DNA of 63,897 nt, counting the filler, from Lenisia limosa (taxonomy: Eukaryota; Protista; Breviatea): the NCBI GenBank assembly GCA_001655205.1. It is 9 parts of 9 records of this genome, joined end to end, with 100 filler letters (N's around TTAATTAATTAA, not from the genome) between each part and the next. Parts side by side here need not be neighbours in the genome. Positions count along the whole stretch, not along the records: positions 48,415 to 50,469 come from LPNZ01010866.1; positions 50,570 to 59,721 come from LPNZ01002673.1; 7 more parts are not named here. One strand, written 5' to 3'. How positions within the stretch are numbered: the stretch's first letter is position 1; every line of letters begins with the position of its first letter. Shown in pieces: positions 48,839 to 59,499 of this stretch. The position numbers and the translations under genes are program-made. A model generated the notes under the pieces. That model saw nothing but the letters and a program-made list of their open reading frames with translations, made no database searches and was not told the DNA's origin.

Positions 48839-48945
48839 TAGATGGCTCCGTGTAATTAATTTTATGAAGAAATTAATTGACAAAATGCTAAATTAAAGTA
48901 TCTCTTCATATTTTGCAATTAATTAATTAATTGCACGGAGCCCTA
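48839..48945. mobile_element. MITE-like family E (about 105 bp palindrome)
   Basis: GGCTCCGTGTAATTAATT...AATTAATTGCACGGAGCCC-TA. Partial copies at about 27795-27890 and 49556-49590. Confidence 0.7.
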
Positions 48946-48959
48946 GAAATCCATCCACA

Positions 48960-50452
48960 TACCGGGCAGTCAGCTGGCAGGGTTGCAGCCATAGTAACGA
49001 GCGTGAGGCCTGCCTGAATGCTGCCCTCGTCTGTCGCCATTTCTAACGGAGATACTCCCTCCTAGGGGGGGGGGGGGGNNNNNNNNNNNNNNNNNNNNTA
49101 AATTTATGATACAAAAAAGTCCAAATCAACTCTGTTGTAAAACGAAGGAAAATTCGATGATGAATTTTGGCGTTAAGGTACTTATCATGAAACAAATAAT
49201 CTGAAACTCCAAACAAAAAAAAAAGGAAAATTTATTAAAAAAAAAGCCCAAAATCACCTCTGTTGGCTGATGTGAGAATTGCTGCTCAGGACATTCATTA
49301 ATTCTGGAAAATTGACCCCCCCCCCNNNNNNNNNNNNNNNNNNNNNNNNNNNNNNNNNNNNNNNNNNNNNNNNNNNNNNNNNNNNNNNNNNNNNNNNNNN
49401 NNNNNNNNNNNNNNNNACGATACGTCCGCGCCAAGTTCGACAAGTTTTGTTATTAAATCTACATGATCGGAGATAGCGGCCCAGTGCAGGGCCGAACAGC
49501 CAAACTACTGGGTTAAAGTAGGGTACCTGGTTAAAGTATGGTTTATTAAAATAATTAGTGCTCCGTGCAATTAATTTCTTGAAGAAATCAATAACACAGA
49601 TATGTAGAAGTAATCTATACTGTGGAAAGGGACTAATGAATATTCAATTACATGATCACTAGGTCTTCACGGTTCTATATTTATGCATGACCAGTTCTTG
49701 TTGTTTCCTGCGTAATTCTTTCCCGGCTGCAATGGATCGTTTCCAGTCTTTTTCGAACCGAAGTGATGATCTCCCTTCCCCCCTCTATTTATACCCCCTT
49801 ACCCACAATCAACACAAGCATAAATACCCCACAATCTCACAATACAGTGACCAGGATAAATCCCCAAAAACTATCGATATTTTACCATGCTTTTTCGAAC
49901 CGTAGGGAAGACTAAGGCATCGTCATGCATATCATATCATACTACTATACTATATAATCTCACATAATATACAGGGACTGGGATAAGTCTTGACCAATTT
50001 TCCTTGAGAAATCGAATTGCAAATCCTCCGAGGCTCACCCCACACGTAAAATAGGTTATTAAATATGTTTATTTTGGCTTCTTTTTCCTTCTTTTCCCCT
50101 GAATTTTTATGGAAATTTGTCAAAAAATATGTCCATAGAAGAAAACTTTGGTTCAGAAATAACTATGATTGGGGGTTTTTGTGTTGGTGAGAAATGATCA
50201 TCATATTTGGTTGGCATGAGTTCACCGATTCAGCCTGACGCGAACATTCACCTACTCGGGTACTTCGCCGTCATATGTGACCCGAGACGGGGTGCAGTTC
50301 TATTCCGTTCCCAGCACCGGTTCCCTTTCTATTAAGTCTAAAACACCCATTTATGCCCTGCCCACGGTATCACAGGCATGCACGTCCGCAGTCGCCGCCA
50401 TCAGAAGAGCTGTATCTGCCGCCGAGGCACATGCAGTGAGGAAGGGGGTTGT
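48960..50452 (-). CDS. Ankyrin-repeat protein, internal exons
   Basis: AGTTPFLTACASAADTALLMAATADVHACDT (about 50360-50450), GCSALHWAAISDHVDLITKLVELGADVS (49417-49500), EGVSPLEMA (about 49035-49061). Confidence 0.8.
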
Positions 50453-50589
50453 CCCGGCCTGGGGGAAGGNNNNNNNNNNNNNNNNNNNNNNNNNNNNNNN
50501 NNNNNNNNNNNNNTTAATTAATTAANNNNNNNNNNNNNNNNNNNNNNNNNNNNNNNNNNNNNNNNNNNNTCTTGCTTTGACTCTATAGC

Positions 50590-51615
50590 CATCAAAATAC
50601 AAGTCATCGTTCCAATCCAGCGCTTCCTCCAACCCTCCTTCCAACTACCAGCCACAAGTGAGCAGCCTGTGTTGCGGTTTACTGTTCTTTCCATTATTGA
50701 GTGTTATTCTCTTTCAGCGAATGGCGCTTTCTTTTCTTTCTCCGTTTTCTTTCTTTCTTTTCTAAACTCTCTTCAGAAGCAATCCTCGTTCCACTCTCAG
50801 AGCAGCAACGCTAAGCCATCCGCGTATTCCTCGTCCTCCTACCAACCAACGTCGTCATACCAGCCCTCTTCTTCATACCAAAGCCATAATGTAAGCAGTT
50901 ACTTCCCTGGAAGGAGCATAATTCATTTTAACATTTGACGAAATATAATATAATATATGCGCCTCGTCTTACTCCACAGAAGCCCAGCCATCAATCGTCA
51001 CATCAGCCGTCCCACCAATCAGGCTACCGGGCTTCTAATCAGGTTTGATTATCAACGGGGCACTCAATAAGGAGCTTTTTGTGGATGGTGTCAGCAATTA
51101 TGTTCATAACCATATCTGCTGTTTAGATTTGCTTGACCTTGGCAGCAATCATCATACCAGCAGTCATCATACCAATCATCACAGTCCAACAACTTCCAGT
51201 CATCGTGGAGCTATAACAAGCCTGTTTATGGTCGACGAGGGAATGCACCTGGTTTGTGGATATGTACAATTTTTTTTGTATTATTGACATTCTTCTTTGT
51301 TTTTTATTTTGCCTCATCCCAAGAAACCCTTTCCAACTTAACCAGGAGCAGGCGCTGGTGGTGGTGATGATACTGGTGGTCCGAGGTATTTGAGCCAATC
51401 CCGATACTTCCCTTCTTTACCAAATAAAGGTGGGCGGCTGGTTGTTTCCCCTCAATTCGGGCTTTCTTCCTACAAAATATCCATATTGTCTCTTCTTTGC
51501 AGTAACATCTCTAAACTAGAGGTCCGGCGGTTGACTGTACACAAAGAAAAACACCCCCACATTTTCATTCTTCCAGAACGACAGTCTAATTGGAGGCATC
51601 AGTGAGCGAACGTGA
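50590..51615 (+). CDS. S/Q/Y-rich low-complexity protein, partial
   Basis: Phase-compatible exons KQSSFHSQ...YQPTSSYQPSSSYQSHN, KPSHQSSHQPSHQ, QSSYQQSSYQ, GAGAGGGDDTGGP. Confidence 0.55.
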
Positions 51616-51850
51616 GGTTTCTTTCAACTCGATTTTGATACTACCAAAGAAGGTGGTTTAGTAGATTATTGGATTGTTTCTTTCATGTTAATATATTGTG
51701 TTTCTATGTGTACAAACGAAAAGGTTGAAACTACAACCTTTCCTCTTTGGGAACCACTACTACCCAGCAAGCCTTTTTTGCTCTCCAGTAAACCTAGTCC
51801 AAACATATGTATCACTCATAACACAGGAGGCGCTGGCCTCATACCATCAC

Positions 51851-52774
51851 TTAATGGTCACATTCCTCAACAAACTTGGTGTAATCATTCTCCTTCATGA
51901 GGTTCTCAACCTCATCAGCGGAGCTGAGTTCAATCTTAACGGTCCAGCCCTCACCCATGCTGTCGTTCTAACCAGTTAAATTATTTTCTTCTGAAGCTAT
52001 TTTTCCTTGTTAATATTTAGACAATAAAGACTGAGTTGTACAAGACACAATAACCACGCTTACGTTGAGAAGTCCAGGCTCATCACCAATGTTGGTGTTG
52101 ACCTCAAGCACCTTGCCGGAGAAGGGAGCATACTGGTAAAGTGATAAGCGATGTGGCATATTAAATAAAGATAAGATAATGAATACGGTTGAAGTATTCA
52201 AGCTCTAGTGTGACAACATCTTATATAATATTCCAACACCTTCACCCCTTTATTGAAAACCAAATTTTTCCATTACTGCAGCTATTCCTCTGGTATACCA
52301 GGTCAGACGCAGCCTTCACGGACTCCATAGAGCCATAGCTCTCGAACTGGGTGAGATCGTCACCCTCTTCAGGGAGGTCAACGTAGACAATTTCTCCTAA
52401 AAATGGTTACTGTATATCCGGAAAAGACTCAATACAGTGATTGTGATGGTAGCGGTAGTGCTAGGAGGAGTATACTCCTCCTAGGGTAGTGTGGCTCAAT
52501 CACAAATGATCCATACCCATTTGGTTCTGAGCGTAGTCAGTAATTCCGAAGGAGGCAGTGGAATCATCTTCAACTTTGGCCCACTCATGTTCCTTGGTGT
52601 AGAAAACAGCTGAAGGGAGTGTTAGTGGAAGGAAACTCCGAAAATCAAAACTTACAGAAAGCTCTTGAGAAGGTATTGGCCATCATAGGAGCTGTAGGAA
52701 TGAGAAAAGTGAAGGAGAAAGAAGAACCAACATGCAGTGAGGGATTGAGCGAAGCGACGACCAAAAGTGAGCAT
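51851..52774 (-). CDS. GCSH: Glycine cleavage system H protein with mitochondrial-type presequence (6 exons, about 153 aa)
   Basis: [39 protein letters not shown]...[23 protein letters not shown]...[24 protein letters not shown]...[10 protein letters not shown]...[16 protein letters not shown]. The lipoyl-lysine motif ESVKAASD is intact and all five introns are GT-AG and in phase. Confidence 0.95.
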
Positions 52775-52969
52775 TTTGAAAACTTAACCAACAGATTTCA
52801 GGCAAAATGGGGAAATTACCACAAAAATCCATTCACCAAAAAGCAGTAAACCGAGCCACAAAATTGAACTGAACTACAGTCATCCAGTTTTTCATATTTA
52901 TGAAACAGATTTTTGTTTTTTCGTCATCAAACCGGTAGTTTATATACAGTTTAAGTGTGTGTAACAACT
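52775..52969. promoter_or_regulatory. Putative bidirectional promoter between GCSH and the hydrogenase
   Basis: 195-bp gap-free spacer between two divergent ATGs. Contains a dyad TTTCATA-tt-TATGAAA (52890-52905) and TTTATATA about 25-30 bp upstream of the hydrogenase ATG. Function is inferred from geometry only. Confidence 0.7.
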
Positions 52970-55900
52970 ATGCTTAGATTAGCGGCTTCCAGATGTGTTC
53001 AGGCTATTGCGCCTAGTATCACCGCAGCTCCTCTTGCTGCTTCACTTCGTCTTTTCTCAAGAGCTGCCCAACTTGGCGATATCCCTGCAGCCGGAGCTGA
53101 AGACATTGGTGAGAAGACTTTCCTTACCTGATCCTTTCTCTATTTTTTGCTCTCGGGTTAAGGAATTCAATGAGCTTAATGTGTTAAACCAATCATATTT
53201 CAGAGCCTCAAGAGCTCAAAGTCAAGATCAATGGCCGTTCCTTCAATATTCCTGCCGGAAACACTAAAACTGTCCTTCAAGCTTGCAGAGAGGCTGGTTA
53301 GAGGACAAATTGATTGACTAACAAAGACATTTTCCAAGACTGAAAAGTTTAACTAACTGTAACAGGTGTTTATGTCCCTACCCTTTGCTACCATCCTCGT
53401 CTTGGTGTCAAGGGATCATGCAGACTTTGCCTCGTAGAGGTTTCTGGTTCCCGTACTCCTATGGTCACTGCTTGCACCACCCCTCTTTATGAAGGAATGG
53501 AGATCTACACAAACACCCCTGATGTCCAAGAGTCTGGTATGAATGAAAATTGATGTTTTCACCATATTCCCGAATTCATTGCAATTCAGTCTTTTTTTTT
53601 TCAGTCAGTCTTTTTTTGTAATTATTTTTTAAAATTTTTGATTGTGTGGAAGGTTTCTTTCCTATATTGGGATTTGGGTGAAGGGAGACACTAGGTATGG
53701 CGTCTCATTGTGGTGACAGTACACCTCTGTTGTTGGTCGTATTCCCTAATCACATTGAAGTTAAGAGCAACCTGTCTCTTCTTCGCTCTCGTCACCCCAA
53801 CGACTGCATGACTTGCTCCGTCTCTGGTAACTGCGAGTTCCAAGACCTCCTCTACCGCTACCAGGTTCGCCAAACTCTAAATTTCAATCTAATTGTAAAA
53901 TAAAGATTTGAAACAGATTGACGGATTGCAGGTTGAGGAGCGCTGGCCCACTGTGCATCGTGGTGTCCACGTCGGCCAAACCCACGCCCCCTGTGCCAAC
54001 GGCATTCCCCTTGATGAGACAAACTCCATCGTCCGTGACATGGACAAATGCATTCTCTGCGGCCGCTGCGTCACCATCTGCAAGGACACCCAGGGCATGA
54101 ACATTCTCGGCTACGCTGCTCGTGGAGGCGAGGAGATCGTTGACACTGTCGGTGGCCGCCCCCTCGAAGACACCGGTGGGGTGGTTATCCTAGGGTCCTC
54201 ACTTCGGTTCGAAAAAAACCGGTAAATATCGATAGTTTTCGACTATCAATTTTTTTGTGAACCGAAGTTAATGCCTTGTTATTCTCTTCTTCCAGGTTGA
54301 TCACATTTGGAAGCACATAAAAATGTGATTCTATTCCGTCCAGTTACGGCTGTTTTTCTTTTTCTTCATTAGACGTACGATATCCTCTTTAATTAGGGCG
54401 TCTCATTCGTTCAGAGTGCATCCAGTGCGGACAGTGCTCTGTCGTTTGCCCCGTTGGAGCCATTACCGAGAACTCCCACATCCACAAGGTCTGTAAATTG
54501 CCTTCAATTCTTCCGTTGTTTTCTGTGAATTCCTTTATCCAACTTGTTTCATGAACTACAGGAATAAGACAGGGCTTTCACTTTTGTTTTGTGTTTCCCA
54601 TTTTTCTTATTTGACACCCCAGGTTCAATCTGTCCTCAAGACCGGCGCTGACAAGACGGAGCCTCGCCAGATCCGCATTGTCTCCACCGCCCCCTCCATC
54701 CGTGTCGCCCTCGGCGAAGAGCTTGGTAAGCCCGGGATGGCTCGTATTATACCATATCTCCTCTCACCGCAATTTCACATTGACATCGTCTACGCTGTTT
54801 TTGCGTTGGTTTCGAACAGTGGCTAACCGTTGCAGGCATGGCCACCGGCGCCATTGCCACCGGACAGATGGTTGCAGCCTTGCGCCGCCTCGGATGGGAC
54901 CAGGTGGGTAACTGCGGGCTCGCCTCGGAAAATTAGGACTTATCATCGATGTTGTACTCATCTTGAAGCAATGGTTGCAGTTTGTTAGGAAAACGAGCTT
55001 CGGCTCCATAATAGGAGGGCTTCACTTCGGTTCGAAAAAAGACTGAATTTCTCTATAAATCTTCGAAAATTATCGGTTTTGTACCGATGTTTTTCGGGCC
55101 CAAATAACAGAACTTGAATCTCCTGATTAACCCTCATAGTGTTTCGACACCAACTTCACTGCCGACCTCACTACTATTGAAGAGGCTTACGAGTTCATTG
55201 GTCGCCTTCAGACCGGCGGACCCTTCCCCATGTTCACTTCCTGCTGCCCCGCCTGGGTCAACCTTGTCGAGAAGGTATGGGGCCTCTCTTTGCCTTTCCT
55301 TTGTCCATAATCCTCCTTGTCCATTATTGCTTCCTTTTTGGTCTTGTTTAATTCTTTAGGTCTACCCTGAGTTCATCCCCAACCTTTCCTCGTAAGCAAC
55401 TCTTTTTGGCTTTGAGTTTTCCAAACAGTTAACATTTCAATATTGATACAAAAACTCAAGAACCTTCAACCGTGCACGAAACCAACAAAAGAAGCCGTCC
55501 CGTTTCTGACCCTCTAGTTGCAAGTCCCCTCAAGGCATGACCGGTGCCCTCACCAAGTCCTACTACGCCAAGGTCCTCGGCGTCGAGCCTGACCAAATCC
55601 ACCTCACCGTAAGCCGGGACGGGGCGGGGGCGGGGTAAGGTAGCAATGAAAAAAGGGTGGCGGGTTAATGGGATAAGAGACTGGAAAGCTGAACTTCAGT
55701 CATTCCCGGCCTTTGTGATTTCGGACTTCACTTCGGTTCGTTTTTAAAAACGATTTATCGAGACATTTAGTCTTTCCTTTGAACCGAAGTGAAGCTATTT
55801 GTGATCATTTCATCTTGAAAGTCGGTCATATGGTTAACATTTCATCTTGAAAGCGATTGACTTCTCCAGTCCGTAATGCCCTGCACTGCGAAGAAGGACG

Positions 55901-57522
55901 AGGTTGCCCGCCCCCAACTCGCCTACAAGCACACTAAGGCCGATGGTACCGAGGTTGAGGTCTGCACCAACTGCCTTGTTTTAATCGCCTGGTTGNNNNN
56001 NNNNNNNNNNNNNNNNNNNNNNNNNNNNNNNNNNNNNNNNNNNNNNNNNNNNNNNNNNNNNNNNNNNNNNNNNNNNNNNNNNNNNNNNNNNNNNNNNNNN
56101 NNNNNNNNNNNNAATGTCCTTCGTGTTTACCCTCCCTCGCAGATTCTTGAGACTGACGCTGTTCTCACCACCCGCGAGCTCGCTAAGATGATCAAGGTTT
56201 GCACCTTGTCAACAATTACCGGAGTTTTTCCAAGTGACACTTGGTAACACTCTTTCACCTACTGTCCATACTCTTCCACATTCTCGAATTATGCAAGAAA
56301 TCCAGCCCTTAAAACCATTCCTCACGTTCGCAGATGGAGAAGATCCCCTTCGCCTCTCTCCCCGAAGACAAGTTCGACAACCCCATGGGCATTTCCTCCG
56401 GGTCCGGCGCCATCTTCGGTGCCTCAGGTGGAGTCATGGAGTCCGCCCTCCGTACCGGTAAGCCGCCAGCAGTTTTACATCATTTTTTAAAAAGCAAACT
56501 GGGTTCAGCACGGTGTGATTGATTTCATGCAAGGGGAAAAGTTGCCTTATTTCGAGAGGAAATGTTCCTTCTCATCTCCATATTATCCTCTCACCACCCA
56601 GCTTACGAGACTGTTACCCAGAAGACCCTCGACCGTGTTGAGTTCCACGCTGTTCGTGGTAGGCAAAGGGGCTGACGGTTGCGGCAAGGGTTTCTTCGCT
56701 GTCAAAAAAGACGATAATTTTAATAAATATGAAGATTGTAGTTCTCGTCAGTAGGGCTCAAAAACAAAAGGCCGAATTTTTCGATAAGTCCTCGAAAACT
56801 ATCGATATTTTCTATTTTACTGGTCTTTTTGAACTGAAGTGAAACCCTACTCGTCAGTCGTTGCCACATGGATTACCTTGACCATCTCAGGTACCGAAGG
56901 TGTTCGTGAAGCTGTTGTTGATGTTGACGGCACTGAGGTGCGTGTGGATTGATATTCAGTCACAATGCAAAACTGGTTCACCAGTCCTTTAAAACTTCTG
57001 CTGATCCCCCCCAGGTCAGCGTTGCTATTGCCACCGGTACCGCCGGACTTCACAAGCTGATCCAGAAGATCAAGGACGGTGCTCAGTACCACTTCGTTGA
57101 AATGATGGTGGGTAACGGGCTTGGTGAAAGGCCTTTTACGTTGGGGAAGTCGTGAAAACGGCATGATGTGCCCCAAACGTTAAATGTATAATTCTCCCTG
57201 TTTAACCGCTATAGTCATGCCCTGGAGGCTGTGTCAACGGTGGTGGCGAGCCAAAGACCCAGGACCCTGACTACCTCAAGAAACGTATCGATGCCATTTA
57301 CAAGGTATCCAAGACGGTTCCTTTTCATAAATATAGCCCTTGCTATATTCCCATCTCTTCTTCCAAGTAATATATCAGGTTGACGAGACTTCCGAACTCC
57401 GCAGATCACACGACAACCCCTCTGTGCTCCAGCTTTACAAGGACTATCTTGGCGAAATCAACGGACACACCGCCCACGAGCTCCTCCACACCCACTACAG
57501 CCCAAGACCAGTTAACGCCTAG
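52970..57522 (+). CDS. hydA: [FeFe]-hydrogenase, M3 (CpI-like) architecture, with mitochondrial-type presequence (19 exons, about 650 aa by hand count)
   Basis: Presequence MLRLAASRCVQAIAPSITAAPLAASLRLFSRA. 2Fe-2S: PTLCYHP...CRLCLVE...TAC. His-ligated 4Fe-4S: HPNDCMTC...C. Two 4Fe-4S: KCILCGRC...C and CIQCGQCSVVCP. H-cluster motifs: FTSCCPAW, MPCTAKKDE, EMMSCPGGCVNGGG. Small-subunit tail RRSHDNP...HELLHTHY. Stop TAG at 57520-57522. Confidence 0.97.
54190..54270. mobile_element. MITE-like family A, degraded
   Basis: tagggtcctcacttcggttcgaaaaaa...gaaccgaagt; hydrogenase intron 5. Confidence 0.7.
55015..55100. mobile_element. MITE-like family A
   Basis: gggcttcacttcggttcgaaaaaagactgaatttc...; hydrogenase intron 8. 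Confidence 0.75.
55722..55797. mobile_element. MITE-like family A, internally deleted
   Basis: cttcacttcggttc...gaaccgaagtgaag; hydrogenase intron 11. Confidence 0.7.
56751..56849. mobile_element. MITE-like family A
   Basis: TA-GGGCTC...ggtctttttgaactgaagtgaaaCCC-TA; hydrogenase intron 15. Confidence 0.75.
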
Positions 57523-57693
57523 ATTACCCGCTCAACAGCGTGACCCTATACTTATTTATGTAATACTATTGACAATGTACTTTCTATTTAATCGAAGTTG
57601 TGTTCTTATTTTCAGAGTGTAATTCGGGCAAGGTCAATTGGTACAGTTAAAACCTCCATTAAAATCAGCTCTAAATAAAAATACAAACAAAGC

Positions 57694-59499
57694 CTACTTG
57701 ATAGCCTAAAACAGTCAATTCAGCCAAAATTTTAAAAGACGCAAATGTAAAAAAAAAAAAAAGGTTATCAANNNNNNNNNNNNNNNNNNNNNNNNNNNNN
57801 NNNNNNNNNNNNNNNNNNNNNNNNNNNNACCTTAACAACCCACTCCATTCCATCATTGAGGCCTTCGCCAGTCTATTTGGTCAGTAAAGAAACGAGTTGA
57901 AATAATAATATCATCACGATCTTCCTCAAAATAAACATCGGGTAAGAGATTTCTTAAAGGTCTCGTATGCCTGTCATTACACCTGTATCAACCCGTCTTC
58001 AGCCCATACCTTGGCAGAGCAGCCTTGGATTTGCCATGGGCGGTCTCTGATGGAGTACAGTGAAAGTCCCTCAGCAATCTAAGCAATGAATCTCAGATCT
58101 GGACGCAATTGGTGGGAATGAGAAGATTAACCTTTATACTTAGTGCTCGCAGGAAATCCTGAACTTTGCTCTCAAAAGGGCCTGGTAAATATTGATGTCA
58201 TTGTAGGGGTAGCTATGGGGCATCGACAGTATATTTCTTATATTTATGTAGCTCTCAAGTTTGACGACCTATTGTCATCAAATCAAAATTCCCCCTCACT
58301 TCCTTAGCGGGGAGAGCATTGAGAAGATCTTGCTTGTTGGCGAAGATAAGAAGGGGGATAGCTGAAAGATAAGCATTAATCCGAACATATGGTTTCACTT
58401 ATTCAAAAAGACCATCAAATATCGATATTTATCGAGATTGAGGGTTGAACGAGGTTTNNNNNNNNNNNNNNNNNNNNNNNNNNNNNNNNNNNNNNNNNNN
58501 NNNNNNNNNNNNNNNNNNNNNNNNNNNNNNNNNNNNNNNNNNNNNNNNNNNNNNNNNNNNNNNNNACTTTTCCTCTTCAAGAAGCTCCGACAGTTCGAGG
58601 CCGGTTTCCTCCAAACGCCTGCGGTCCGCTGAATCGAGGACGTAGATCTGAGGGGTTTAAGTGTTGTTGTAGATCTAAGGCTTATGATGGCCAAAGGGGG
58701 AAATATCCAAGGCTTATGAGAGAAAACGACAGCAAGGCTAATCATGAAACAAGAAAACGTGTCTTTTATAGAGAAACGGAAACAATGGAATGCTTGATTG
58801 TGCTGGAGTCTATCAGGAAATCCAGTGCAACTGGAAAAGAAGAAAATAGCCTAATTAAAAATGAGCAAAGTTCATCTTAAAAAAATAGCTGCCTGTAAAC
58901 AATCGTCAAAATCCGCAAAAAACCAAACACTTTCAGCAACAGAAAGGATAAAACTATCCCTATTACCAGCATCTTTATCTTTCCAGAAGGCTGGAAATCT
59001 GCTCATGAGATACTCAAAAAAAAAAAACATCGTTCCAGCTCAGCAGATATGATCATCTGAGAAGGGTGCGAGGAAACCACTTCCGCTTACCAAAGCATCA
59101 GTTTGTTCGAAGTAATTTCTCCAATAAGGACGGATGGTCTTTTGTCCTGAAGAGGTGAGTGAGAGGGCGTAGAAAAGCAAAAACGTTTTAAACTATTCAT
59201 GATTTTCCAACCTCCAATGTCCCAAACATTAAGTTTAAATCCATCATGCAAGAGAGACTTGACGTTAAAGCCTTGAGTGGGCATAATATGGTTGATATCT
59301 TCATCCTGGACAAGTTAAGTCATAAAACAATCGTTTTAATTGACATACAGAAAGCCTCTTCAGAATAGTGGTCTTTCCAGCGTTATCTAAGCCAAGGAGG
59401 AGAATACGCATTTGCTTATCACTCTTCTTGAGCTTTCTAATGATGTTGAGAAGACCCTAAAATCATTATTAGCTGGAATACACTCCGAATAACTACCAT
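57694..59499 (-). CDS. ARL3: ADP-ribosylation factor-like GTPase 3
   Basis: [54 protein letters not shown]...[45 protein letters not shown]...IFANKQDL...[31 protein letters not shown]. About 9 exons; the first exon is the ATG alone. Confidence 0.93.

Noticed and set aside
48917-48932. A ninth linker at taattaattaatt
   Set aside because: Not flanked by Ns; it is part of the family E inverted repeat.
51698-51979. Plus-strand 93-aa ORF
   Set aside because: Antisense to the last GCSH exon.
52970-57522. Hydrogenase as bacterial contamination, Nar1/IOP1 or complex I NuoG
   Set aside because: It has 18 GT-AG introns, host MITEs, a presequence, and intact TSCCPAW, MPCxxKKxE and CPGGCxxGGG motifs.
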